DNA of 27,153 nt, taken from positions 1 to 27,153 of IMG/VR virus record IMGVR_UViG_3300022562_001603; one strand, given 5' to 3'. The position numbers and the translations under genes are program-made. The notes under the pieces are model-generated. The model was given only the letters and a program-made list of their open reading frames with translations, made no database searches and had not been told where the DNA came from. The DNA is from a virus (Duplodnaviria > Caudoviricetes). Each line of letters starts with the position of its first letter. The stretch's first letter is position 1. Below are positions 8,946-18,446 of the stretch, one piece after another.

Positions 8946-9009
8946 CTACTCCACCTCCGTCGGTTCCCTCATCCCTCTTTGATCCTTCTGCTCTTTTTCC
9001 TTGCTGGCT

Positions 9010-10914
9010 TTACCCTTCGGCCCCTTTCCCTTCATTGCTGAAGCACTCGATAGACATAGTCGATCCTGCCGAGCCAAGAGTGAACCGCTGTTTGTACACG
9101 GCGTACCGCCCCTTATCGATTCGTTGCCCGAGCCCTCGCACCTCGATTACGTCTCCCGGGAAAAGGTGTGGGTCGGCAAAGGACTCGACGGTCAGATTGA
9201 TCCCCATCGAAAATGACTTGGAGGCGAATTCAGCCTTCGCTTGGGCTACCGCCGAACCATCCACCGGAGAGCCTGGAAATTTGGTCGCTCCGTCCCCCGT
9301 GTTCGGATCAGTAGATGGATAGTTCGGAGCGTCTACCGGAGTCCCTCCACCCTCGTGAGTACGTCCTACCTGAGCGTCGTCATCACCAATCAACACTCGA
9401 TCGATTTCCCCAGTCTCGCTATTCACGTCGGACATGAACAGCCCACGACTCGAAGCGGAGAGATATATGTGCATATTGGGACTGGACGCAGATAGGATAG
9501 GAAATGTCGAAGCCGCAGGTCCCAACACACCTCGTGGGTAATCGTAGAGCCGGAAAGTGCGTTTGGTATCGCCTACAAGCGCCTTGTTTCTCGGAAAAAT
9601 GTGAAGGATGTTCTTCCTCGACTCCTGTCCCGTTCTCTTCCGATCTACATCCCATAATAGGAAACACTGCGCCTCGGAAGCCATCTTCCAGATGAACGTC
9701 CAATCTGTCTGACCTCCCTGAGTGACTCCATCAAGCCTCTCTTCTTTCAGGAGACGATACGCTTCGGCGTCCGCTTCCTTCGTAACGTCCGAAGTGTCCA
9801 CGATGATGTCTCTCGGCTTCGTTGCACCTATCGTAGTCTTCCCCGTCGTCAATACATCCGTACGCCTGGCACGGAGTTGGTTCTCCCTCTCCGCTATCGC
9901 TCGCTGGACTCTCGAAGACTTCGCTTTCGCTTTCGCCTTGATCAGGGCGTCTATCGCAATGTCGAAATCCCCAATCCCCAGACGCGAAGGATCCAGATTG
10001 AGCAACGCATCCACTTTCTTCTTCGAGCCGTCCAGGTCGTTTGCCGTCTTCACCCAAATTTGGGCTTCACCTGTGTTTGGAGCGAACGACTGACCTCTTT
10101 CGGTCTTCGCCTCGGCTGTGCGTCCTTCCGCTACTGCCCGAATCATGTCCTCGCGCGTCGCGTTGACAAAAGTACGAGAACCGCTCTGACGAACCGCGCT
10201 GAATCCTCCAACACCTTGCGCATTCAGGGTAATCGTCACATCACTCCCCAAGGAGACCTCGGGTTTCAGTAGTATTCCGGAGTATACCGCCGAGAGTACA
10301 GCAGTCCCGGATGTATTGCTGATGTACCCGAACTGGACTTCGAGGACGGAGTTGCCCCACTCCATCAACTCGCTGTCCAAGAAATTGATGGCATCCCGAT
10401 AAGGAGGAGTCAGTTGTACCTGGATGATGGGCAAATGCGCCAACTGGATCTCGATCGAGATCTCCTGGACGAAAGCGAGAGCACGGGTGTTCCTGAGACC
10501 ATGCCCAAGATTCGCCAAGCGTTCTTTCGGTAACCGCATCCACAGAGGAAACCGATCGTTCTTGTATACAATGGCAGCCGAAATAAACGGATTCGAGAAG
10601 TCGAATCGATCCGCACTAGAAGATAGAACGAATCTCGGAGAAGGAATGATGATGATGTCCCCCTCACTGAAATCAGTGGGGATGATCTCTCTATCGTTGC
10701 GAACCGCGATCACCCACCAGAGCTTTGGATCTCCGTAATATCTGGTAGCTAGACGGTCCAGTCGTTCTTGCAATCCGCCCTGTACCTGATACACGATATC
10801 GTCATCCTGCTCTGGAATCTCTGGAAGATAGGCCACCTCCCAAAACTCCACGCCGTCTGCAAGGAGCAGGTCTACGAAACGCAGGCGACTATGATCTGGA
10901 ACCCTTACCGCCAT
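9010..10914 (-). CDS. LysM/gp53-like domain fused to baseplate hub (gpD/gp27-like)
   Basis: N-term ERLDRLATRYYGDPKLWWVIAVRN...GDIIIIP; later LEVQFGY, QTDWTFIWKMA and DPHLFPGDVIEVRGLG..KGRYAV hub motifs. Confidence 0.82.
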   Translation of the reverse strand: MAVRVPDHSRLRFVDLLLADGVEFWEVAYLPEIPEQDDDIVYQVQGGLQERLDRLATRYYGDPKLWWVIAVRNDREIIPTDFSEGDIIIIPSPRFVLSSSADRFDFSNPFISAAIVYKNDRFPLWMRLPKERLANLGHGLRNTRALAFVQEISIEIQLAHLPIIQVQLTPPYRDAINFLDSELMEWGNSVLEVQFGYISNTSGTAVLSAVYSGILLKPEVSLGSDVTITLNAQGVGGFSAVRQSGSRTFVNATREDMIRAVAEGRTAEAKTERGQSFAPNTGEAQIWVKTANDLDGSKKKVDALLNLDPSRLGIGDFDIAIDALIKAKAKAKSSRVQRAIAERENQLRARRTDVLTTGKTTIGATKPRDIIVDTSDVTKEADAEAYRLLKEERLDGVTQGGQTDWTFIWKMASEAQCFLLWDVDRKRTGQESRKNILHIFPRNKALVGDTKRTFRLYDYPRGVLGPAASTFPILSASSPNMHIYLSASSRGLFMSDVNSETGEIDRVLIGDDDAQVGRTHEGGGTPVDAPNYPSTDPNTGDGATKFPGSPVDGSAVAQAKAEFASKSFSMGINLTVESFADPHLFPGDVIEVRGLGQRIDKGRYAVYKQRFTLGSAGSTMSIECFSNEGKGAEG

Positions 10915-10915
10915 C

Positions 10916-13900
10916 CTAGTGATCCACTTGGTAGTTCAACCCTATACCACCAACACCAGGGCGAATATTCCTCCCCGATGTACCAGGAGTCGCCGCACTC
11001 GTCTTCATGTCCAAGGACCTCAAGGATTCTTTCATCGACTCAGCGAGCTTTGCGAAGTCCCTCGTATACCAATCGGGCCAGTGCGTCGCTTCGTAGAGTT
11101 GGCGTTGCCCCTCCTCGATGGTGTCCTTCTTGAAAGAAGTCCGCACATTCGGAGCACGCCCCTCGTCCAAAGCCCGTTGCTCTGCCGGCGTACGTTCAGT
11201 CGCGGCATAGGCTGCGGCCGCTGTCGTCTTCAGTTCCATGGCCATCACCTTGGAATCGACACGGATCCGCTTCATGATCCCTTGAACATACTTTCCAATC
11301 TCGGCAAATATGTCCTGGAAGATCCCCTTGAGTTGGGATTTCATGTCCATCGCCGCAGCCAGCACCTTGCTGAAAACCTCGCTCGCGATGACCGCGATGT
11401 TCTTGGACCCGGCAAACCTCTTGTCGAATTCCTCCCAGAACTTGGACAGGGCTTTCTGCGCCTCCTCGAAAGCCTTCGTAGATGTCGGACCAAGATCGAT
11501 GAGCCCCTTCTGTATTTCCCCTAGTTTGGCAAGCAGCCCGAGGAACTCCTCCTTCACCACCTTCAAGTTCTCTTTGAAAGTCGTGGTGTTGATGTTGGCG
11601 ATCTCGGTGAGCATACCTCTCGCCTCATCACTGGTGAACCCCAACTTCTGCACCTCTCCCTGCATATCCTGAGTAGCAGCCTTCCCCTTGTCGATCAGGG
11701 TCTTCATCTTCTCTTCTGTTCCCGTAATGAAGGTGTTGAGACCGTCGTTCAAACCACTCGACAACTTCAGTGATTCATCCTGCACCGTCTGCCGCAACGC
11801 GCCTGCCATCTCGTCGTATCGCTGCCGAGTCGCATCGACTTGCGCTTGGATCTGGGTCTGGCTCAAATTCGAAGTGCTCTGGATAGCTAGGATCTCCCCC
11901 TCCATAGCCGCCTTCAGATCCTCGAGCAAGAGTTTCGTCTTGCTGCGCGCCTCCTCGTTACCGGCGCTGATGCTCGCCACGATGTCCTGATTCGCCAAAG
12001 ACCACGCGTCCGAGGTAGAACGCGCCACCATCTTCATGAAATCGGCAGACTTCTGCGCATCGAATCGCACCGATTCCCAATGCTGTGCCCAGTTCCCCGT
12101 CGAAATATCGATCTGCGTTTCCAGTTGGGTGTTGTAGTTCGCCGCCATGGCTTCCAGATCCTTGTAAGCCTTGGCCTGTTGCTCCCTCGTCATATTGTGT
12201 TTGTTCTGTTCGATCCACAACGCTCTCGTCGCCACTTGATTCAACAGGTCCTCGCGCTGTTGTTCGAACCGGATCGCCGCTGCCATGTCCGTGGTTCGAA
12301 TCTTGTCGATTCGATCTTTCGCCTGGGACATGGACTTCTCGATGGCCATACCCTGTAGACCGATGGTCTGTAATGACAAGCCGTACTGATCCCGATATTG
12401 CTGACTCGCCTCCCCGTACTTCTGCATCGCTTCCTCCCACCCCTTCGTTCCCGCGCCTTTCCCCTGCTTCTCCAACATCTCCAGCTGACGGTTGTGCTCG
12501 GCCTGTAACTTGATCGCCTCACGGTATTGTTCCACGCCAGTGATTCGTCCGTAGTCGAGATCCTTGGCCGCGTGTACTGCTTTCACGACCTCCCCATGAG
12601 CATCCTGAACATACCTGACAACGGCGTCCGCTGCTTTGACGATTTCTCCTCCGGTGGTCTTGGTCATACCCTTGTAGGTAGCGCTGACCTCGAGGGCCTT
12701 GAACCTGGCCAAATCGGCGCTGCTCGAGATCTGCTCCTGTACGCCCTTGGACATTCCGACCGCAGACGCAGAAGCTCTGGCCTGCCCCTGGTCCAACTTC
12801 TGATTCATATTCTCGGCCAGCTGTTCGACAAGCTTGGAATTCGTGAGCGCGCTACCCGTAATCGAATTCCACGCTGAAGAAGCGGCCCCTGACACCGTAT
12901 TCCATGCTCGCTTCGCCGCGCCTGCTACGCTGTCCCAGATCCCACCAAAAAAGCCCTCTATGCGATTCCATGCAGATTCGATCCATCGAATGGGGGCGGT
13001 TACCACGATCTTGATCTTGTCCCAGACCCAACCAGCCCCTGTTTCTACAGCGTCCCAAACCCCAGAAAAGAAGTTCTTTACCCCTCCCCATACGGCTTCT
13101 ATCGCCTTCACAGGAAGAAGGATGATGCTCTTTACGCCGTCCCACGCCTCCATCGCCGTCGATCCGATAGCATCCCAAATACTCGAAAAGAAATCTCCGA
13201 TTGCCGCCCATGCAGGTTTGATGACGTGGTCCACTGGCCAAGTAAGGACTCCGCCGATCTGTTCCCACGCCCACGACGCTGTTGCCCTTATAGCCTCCCA
13301 GATGACACCAAACATCTTCACCGTACCCCACCAAATCGCCTTCGCGGTGTAGTAGGGCGCGAGAAGCCAATACTTCATGATCTTAGCAAACCATTTCACG
13401 CCTGCCGCAATCGTGTCCCAAAGCGCCTCGAAGAAACCAGAGATCGGCCCCCAGTATTTCTTGACGACGTAGGCTACACCCACAATCGCCAACCCGATCG
13501 CGGCCGCTAACGCGATGAACGGAGCCCACGCGAGGAGAACTGGGACGGCCGCCGCGATCCAAGCCGCCGACGCCGATACAGCGGCAGCAACGAAACCCGC
13601 GGCTGTTGCCACTGCTCCGGCAATCATCGTGGCGTTGGCCACTACCCACGCCGCCGCAGTCCGAGTAGCAGACCATACGGCTTTGGCAGCCGCTTCCACG
13701 TACAGTGGGAGCATGACCGTTATCCACTCGTAAGCGTAGACGATCATCTCTTTCATCGTCGTCGCCCATGCAATCCCCGTACGGATCGCGCTCTTCACCG
13801 CAGCGGCGGCAGCCATGTACTGTTGGGCGATAAAAGTCGCGACGGCCTTTATCGTGCCAATGACCCACTTCACAGACGCAACCGCCCATTTAGCAAAAAT

Positions 13901-16534
13901 GAACCCAATCACGGCTACCGCTACGCTCTTCAGCATGAAAAAGGCTGCTTCTATCGCTCCAAACCATTTCGGGAACCTCTGTTGAAGGTAGTCCTTCATT
14001 CCATCCAACACCTGGAAAGCCGCTGCCACCGCAGCCTGGAAAGCGCTGAGGAAGATGCCTGGTAGTTTGTAGAGTACGAACGCGATACCCCCAAGCGCAT
14101 TCGGAAGAATCGTTCCCACGAGTAGCGTCATGAGACGTCCGACGTACTCACCTATCTTTCCGAGGACGGCGTTCACCTCTTCCGGATACTTCTGCATGAG
14201 AGTTCCCAGCGCCACGAGACCACCAATGATCAGCCAAGGCCCTGGGACAAGTTCGAAGAGGGCCTTCCCCACAACGCCAATACCCTTCGCCAAGGGAAGC
14301 ATGATCCCGGCCAGCTTACTCAGGATACCGAAGATCGGAGTGAACTTTCCTATGGCGAACGCGCCGATAATAAGCCCTGCCGAACCCCCCAGTGTTTCCT
14401 TGAGCTTCTGGTTGAATGGTTTCGAACCATCCGACCATATCTCTCCCATCGTACTCCACCACTCTTGGATATAGTTCTTTACGAAGGCAATCGCGGTCGT
14501 GACGGCGTACCGCAGCGCTGATCCGATTTTCTCTCCCCATTCAGCGGCTCTGCTCTTCCCCGCACCTCCTGGATCGATTCCCCCGATAAGGGTGTCCCAT
14601 ACGCCCCCTACGAAATCATACACATGCGGAAGGAAACTCTTCAGACGTTCTAGTTGCTTACCTAGAAAATCCACGGACTGGGTGAATTTCTCCTTCACGG
14701 TGGTAGCTATGATCGCCAAAGCCTCGTCAGTGCTCTTCCCCTCCATACGCAATTTGGCAAACCACCCTATGGCGACAGCCAGTGCGGCAGCAATCAGGAA
14801 CAGAGGAGACAAGAGCATATTGAAGCGGAATCCAAGAGAACCCAATACGCCGGCCATGGGCGTGACCTCTTTCAAGATCTCGCCGAGCACAGCCGCCATG
14901 GGGCGCAACGTCTTCGGAAGAAGAGCCATAACGCCTAGTTGATGCAATTCGGAGAACTTGGAAATCACCGCAGCGAGCGGACCGCCTCTCTCGACGAGAC
15001 CCCGCAGTTGGTCATTGAACTTGCTGAATTCCTTTCCTGTGTCACTGACGAATACACGCGCTTCCTTGCGCGCAATAGCCCTGAAACTCATTACGAAGGA
15101 GTCCTTGGCTAGTTCGAAAGAGTCCGCCAAGGTACGACCTGTTCGGTGTGCTTCCTTTCCAAGTTTTCCAAGGTCTGCTGGCGTCTTCTTGACGCTCTTC
15201 ATCAGATCCAACGTGGCGTCATCGGCACTCCGGAAGAAGTTCACCAGTGTCGCCGCCTGATCTGGGCCAAACACTGACTCCATCTGTCCGTGGAGTAGTG
15301 TGAAATCTATGTCTTTCCCTACCCTCTTTGCATCCCTCACCATACCCGCCAGACCTGCGAGGAATTCATCAGGTCCTTGCGTCATCGTGTCGAACGCGAC
15401 CCCGATGTCCCCAACAGATATCCCGAGCGCCTTGTGAAACTGGTCGATGTCCGTCTGAGTGCCGGCGAACATCCCCTTGAACGTCTCCTTGGCCTTGATC
15501 ATGGTCTCGGAGATCTGCATTGCGCTTTCTCGAGCCTGATCCGAAGATTGCCCGACCTGCATGAACCCGGAAGCAAGGGCGGCTGTAGAAGCCGCATAGC
15601 TGGCCAAATCCTTGCTATCCAGCGACTTCCCCATCATGGAAGCTCGACGCCGAAGAAGGTCCATCATCTTCGGCATATCATTCATTGCGGCCGTTACATC
15701 CCCGGAGATCTGTCCCATCATCGTGAATGAACCGATGACCTGGTTGATCTGTTCATCGGTCATCCCGAATTCTTTTCGCATCCGAAGACCGGAGTTGCGC
15801 AAGACATCGGCATTCACGCCGAAGGCTGCACTGAATCTGGCTACTTCCTGCGCCGACTTGAAACCCATCGCACGCAGCTCATCGCCTGCCTCCGTCCACG
15901 CGCGTAAGGACAATGCCGCTGTGTTGGCATCGACATTCAAGCTCTTGGCCATCCCCGCCGCTCGTCCTGAAAACGCGGACAATGCTTTACCAGTGAATCC
16001 GAAGTTGGCGCCCGTAGCCCGCGTCGTAACGCTCAGTTGTTGCATCTCGGCTTCTAGGCCAATGGTGAGATTCCTTCCCGCCGTAGCGATGTTACCGATG
16101 CCGTCAGCGATGTCCTTCAACACCGATAGTTGAATCGATTGAATGAAGGTTTGCAGTTTGCTCTGACGAGCAATGGTATTCACCTTCTCCAAAGCGTCCC
16201 GGATGAAGTTGAACCCTCCCCCTATACGTCTTTGGGCGGATTCCATAACCGAAGAGTCGCTATGGAAACTGTCGGCGGCGTCGCGGCTGGCCTCGGGTAA
16301 GTCCTTTCCAAGACGCATGGAGAGCGTCTCGACAGCCTCGGATAGTCGATTTATTGGATCCGCGCTACCGAGAGAAGCCGCTTTCCCGATGTCGGCTTTG
16401 TCGGCGGCTCGACCCATCTGAGCCATCGTCTCCGCCATGCGATCAAACCCGGCCGTAACCTGGTCTTGCTTGGCAGTAAGACCATTATCCTTGGCTCCAA
16501 AGGAGAACCCGAGTCCTAGAAAATTCAGGGCGAT
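10916..16534 (-). CDS. Tail tape measure protein (1872 aa if started at ATC 16534; 1840 aa from ATG 16438)
   Basis: Very long Ala-rich helical ORF after the chaperone; hydrophobic TM-like segments (~13465-13640, ~14750-14825); Trp-periodic repeats (~12850-13470). Start position is inferred. Confidence 0.9.
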   Translation of the reverse strand: MALNFLGLGFSFGAKDNGLTAKQDQVTAGFDRMAETMAQMGRAADKADIGKAASLGSADPINRLSEAVETLSMRLGKDLPEASRDAADSFHSDSSVMESAQRRIGGGFNFIRDALEKVNTIARQSKLQTFIQSIQLSVLKDIADGIGNIATAGRNLTIGLEAEMQQLSVTTRATGANFGFTGKALSAFSGRAAGMAKSLNVDANTAALSLRAWTEAGDELRAMGFKSAQEVARFSAAFGVNADVLRNSGLRMRKEFGMTDEQINQVIGSFTMMGQISGDVTAAMNDMPKMMDLLRRRASMMGKSLDSKDLASYAASTAALASGFMQVGQSSDQARESAMQISETMIKAKETFKGMFAGTQTDIDQFHKALGISVGDIGVAFDTMTQGPDEFLAGLAGMVRDAKRVGKDIDFTLLHGQMESVFGPDQAATLVNFFRSADDATLDLMKSVKKTPADLGKLGKEAHRTGRTLADSFELAKDSFVMSFRAIARKEARVFVSDTGKEFSKFNDQLRGLVERGGPLAAVISKFSELHQLGVMALLPKTLRPMAAVLGEILKEVTPMAGVLGSLGFRFNMLLSPLFLIAAALAVAIGWFAKLRMEGKSTDEALAIIATTVKEKFTQSVDFLGKQLERLKSFLPHVYDFVGGVWDTLIGGIDPGGAGKSRAAEWGEKIGSALRYAVTTAIAFVKNYIQEWWSTMGEIWSDGSKPFNQKLKETLGGSAGLIIGAFAIGKFTPIFGILSKLAGIMLPLAKGIGVVGKALFELVPGPWLIIGGLVALGTLMQKYPEEVNAVLGKIGEYVGRLMTLLVGTILPNALGGIAFVLYKLPGIFLSAFQAAVAAAFQVLDGMKDYLQQRFPKWFGAIEAAFFMLKSVAVAVIGFIFAKWAVASVKWVIGTIKAVATFIAQQYMAAAAAVKSAIRTGIAWATTMKEMIVYAYEWITVMLPLYVEAAAKAVWSATRTAAAWVVANATMIAGAVATAAGFVAAAVSASAAWIAAAVPVLLAWAPFIALAAAIGLAIVGVAYVVKKYWGPISGFFEALWDTIAAGVKWFAKIMKYWLLAPYYTAKAIWWGTVKMFGVIWEAIRATASWAWEQIGGVLTWPVDHVIKPAWAAIGDFFSSIWDAIGSTAMEAWDGVKSIILLPVKAIEAVWGGVKNFFSGVWDAVETGAGWVWDKIKIVVTAPIRWIESAWNRIEGFFGGIWDSVAGAAKRAWNTVSGAASSAWNSITGSALTNSKLVEQLAENMNQKLDQGQARASASAVGMSKGVQEQISSSADLARFKALEVSATYKGMTKTTGGEIVKAADAVVRYVQDAHGEVVKAVHAAKDLDYGRITGVEQYREAIKLQAEHNRQLEMLEKQGKGAGTKGWEEAMQKYGEASQQYRDQYGLSLQTIGLQGMAIEKSMSQAKDRIDKIRTTDMAAAIRFEQQREDLLNQVATRALWIEQNKHNMTREQQAKAYKDLEAMAANYNTQLETQIDISTGNWAQHWESVRFDAQKSADFMKMVARSTSDAWSLANQDIVASISAGNEEARSKTKLLLEDLKAAMEGEILAIQSTSNLSQTQIQAQVDATRQRYDEMAGALRQTVQDESLKLSSGLNDGLNTFITGTEEKMKTLIDKGKAATQDMQGEVQKLGFTSDEARGMLTEIANINTTTFKENLKVVKEEFLGLLAKLGEIQKGLIDLGPTSTKAFEEAQKALSKFWEEFDKRFAGSKNIAVIASEVFSKVLAAAMDMKSQLKGIFQDIFAEIGKYVQGIMKRIRVDSKVMAMELKTTAAAAYAATERTPAEQRALDEGRAPNVRTSFKKDTIEEGQRQLYEATHWPDWYTRDFAKLAESMKESLRSLDMKTSAATPGTSGRNIRPGVGGIGLNYQVDH

Positions 16535-16587
16535 GGCTACTGCGCTCCTCTCGAGTCTCTAGTCCCAGACGAGGCGATTCGGATGAG

Positions 16588-16603
16588 CGGACCACGTGGT
16601 CCG
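16588..16603. promoter_or_regulatory. Perfect 16-bp palindrome CGGACCACGTGGTCCG (operator or RNA hairpin)
   Basis: Intergenic, immediately after the stop at 16604; 13-nt core GGACCACGTGGTC recurs at 22241..22253. Confidence 0.6.
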
Positions 16604-16783
16604 TTACCTATTCCGTCTTGCCTCGGCTTCCTGATGCCGCTTCTTTTCCAACTCATTCTTTCGACAAATCATCCGATGCCGCCTGGCAACGGGCATCGAC
16701 ATGATCGCATCGTAAGGAATGTGGAAAGACTCCATCAGATAGAAGATCTCGCTCTCTAGCTCGTCTGGGATTCCGAAGGGAAA
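16604..16783 (-). CDS. -1 frame extension of tail chaperone (gp51/DUF6760-like, lambda gpT analogue)
   Basis: LESEIFYLMESFHIPYDAIMSMPVARRHRMI motif with no plausible own start; entered from slippery TTTCCCT at 16783..16777. Confidence 0.75.
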   Translation of the reverse strand, partial: FPFGIPDELESEIFYLMESFHIPYDAIMSMPVARRHRMICRKNELEKKRHQEAEARRNR

Positions 16784-17589
16784 AAGAAGGACGACTGGCC
16801 TACATCCAGTTCCTGTTTGAAGGATGCCCCGCACTCTGGGCAGTCCAAGTCTACCTCGGTTTCCACCCCTCCCTCTACCTGTTCGAACGACTTCCGAAGA
16901 AAGGATCGATCCAAGGAGCCCAACTTCTTCACCGTATCCAGGTTTGGTCTCTTTCCGTCGATCTCCTGAACGCGCATCAAGATGGCGAGGGACAGCGAAT
17001 CGGTTTTCTTCTTGTTGAGTTGATCGAGTTGTTCTTCGCCATGTCCAGTCATCGGCGTGAAGGTAACCTTCTTCTTGGAAGAAGGTAGAACGGCAGCATG
17101 AGTCCGCTTGTACGGGTCGTCCATTGATTGGATCTTCAAATCCGACAAGTCGATGGTATAGCTGGTCGAAGCTGCGCATGTCTTACACGCAGTCTTGAAC
17201 GTGTAGGCGTCACCGACAGTAACCCGTCGAATCGCGAAGATGCAGAACAGACGATCTCCGACCGTAAGATCCTTGACCACCTTCGAAAGTTGACCCTTGT
17301 CCGTGATGGTGCCTACGCGCTCGACGCAGGAAGCAATGAGGTCATTGATCTTCTTGTTCCCCGGGATCTTCGGGTTGGCGAGCATGTCCTCTTCGTAACC
17401 CGTGATCTCGTGGACCTTCACTTCGCGGTGAAGATTTCCATCCGCGTCGATATACCCACAAGGAAGATCGAACACACCTACAGAAGACTTTGGCTCCTGG
17501 ATCTGATTCAGGAGGATAGTCGCCGCGATGTTGGGATCGATCTTCGCATCGGGCACATCCTCACCCGGCATGATACTTTCGTCTGACAT
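16756..17589 (-). CDS. Tail assembly chaperone, T4 gp26-like baseplate hub assembly family
   Basis: FDLPCGY, ITGYEEDMLAN, DLTVGDRLF....IRRVTVGD, CKTC and CPEC zinc motifs, terminal SFFFP; AGGAG SD; directly upstream of tape measure. Confidence 0.85.
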   Translation of the reverse strand: MSDESIMPGEDVPDAKIDPNIAATILLNQIQEPKSSVGVFDLPCGYIDADGNLHREVKVHEITGYEEDMLANPKIPGNKKINDLIASCVERVGTITDKGQLSKVVKDLTVGDRLFCIFAIRRVTVGDAYTFKTACKTCAASTSYTIDLSDLKIQSMDDPYKRTHAAVLPSSKKKVTFTPMTGHGEEQLDQLNKKKTDSLSLAILMRVQEIDGKRPNLDTVKKLGSLDRSFLRKSFEQVEGGVETEVDLDCPECGASFKQELDVGQSSFFFPSESQTS

Positions 17590-18161
17590 TATACGCTCCT
17601 CTGGTCGTCTCGATCTTTTTCGGATTCATATACCATTACGAGGGCCTTCAGCGCCTCCGTCACAGACATGCCCCTCCGATCGAGCATGATCTTGAATGTG
17701 TCGTAGGTGGCTTTCGGTACCCAGGCATTGATCTTCACATCGTCTACGCCTTCAACATCCTGGTATTGCTCCAAGTCGTCGAACTGCTTTTCTGACTGGA
17801 GATATCTCCCCATCAAATAGCGAATGAGAGCACTCTTGGACTTGAATCCTCGGTCGGAGCACAGCCCGTTGCTCATGCGTTCGAACAACCGACGACTCAC
17901 CCAGAAATTGATCGGTCGGTTGTCGGCGTGTTGCATCTTGGATCGATGAGCATCCGTCGCGATCTCGCACGCTCTACAGATGATATAGGCGTTGTCAGGA
18001 GATAGCTGACCCCCCGCTTCTTCTGGTACGATCATCTTGAGTGTAAGCTTCGCCCTGCTTCCACATCCGTTGCATCGGTTCCCTGTCCGTCTCCACACCT
18101 CCGCCTGCCAATCAGGATTCGCGGCACAGCCCTCTTCGGAATGGCCTACTACAATCTCCAT
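17589..18161 (-). CDS. Degenerate HNH zinc-finger domain plus two ribbon-helix-helix domains; putative transcription regulator
   Basis: CNGCGS..LTLKMIVPEEAGG....DNAYIICRACE (HNH scaffold lacking catalytic His); RPINFWVSRRLFERM...SKSALIRYLM and VKINAWVPKATYDTFK...MSVTEALKALV. Confidence 0.7.
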   Translation of the reverse strand: MEIVVGHSEEGCAANPDWQAEVWRRTGNRCNGCGSRAKLTLKMIVPEEAGGQLSPDNAYIICRACEIATDAHRSKMQHADNRPINFWVSRRLFERMSNGLCSDRGFKSKSALIRYLMGRYLQSEKQFDDLEQYQDVEGVDDVKINAWVPKATYDTFKIMLDRRGMSVTEALKALVMVYESEKDRDDQRSV

Positions 18162-18395
18162 CTACGCCTCCTGCTTGTCGTCGTAGTACAAATCGAAGAA
18201 ATCCTCGTACTCCGCTGGAATAGTGTAATCCCCGCCGATTGGAAACTGTCGGCGTAGCATCGCGCGATCTCCACCCAAAGGGACAGGGAAAGCACCTACA
18301 TTAGCCGACACGGTCTGTTCGTTCTGCTGCTGTAGGAGGGCCTCGGTGTCCAAGGTTTCCCAACGAGCCGATCCTGATCTGGTGTGTCTCGACAT
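18162..18395 (-). CDS. Hypothetical protein (77 aa, acidic C-terminus)
   Basis: Stop abuts next ATG (TAGATG); preceded by -10-like box. Confidence 0.6.
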   Translation of the reverse strand: MSRHTRSGSARWETLDTEALLQQQNEQTVSANVGAFPVPLGGDRAMLRRQFPIGGDYTIPAEYEDFFDLYYDDKQEA

Positions 18396-18410
18396 GGCTA
18401 AACGTTACCA
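18396..18410 (-). promoter_or_regulatory. Putative extended -10 leaderless promoter
   Basis: TGG-TAACGT (18410-18402), 6 nt before ATG 18395; no SD. Confidence 0.4.
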
Positions 18411-18446
18411 CCAAATCGCCCGTTACACCAGGAAAGAAGTATAGAA

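Noticed and set aside
16784-17179. N-terminal part of the 191-aa ORF 16604..17179
   Set aside because: Out-of-frame overlap with the chaperone; only the part after the slippery site looks protein-like.
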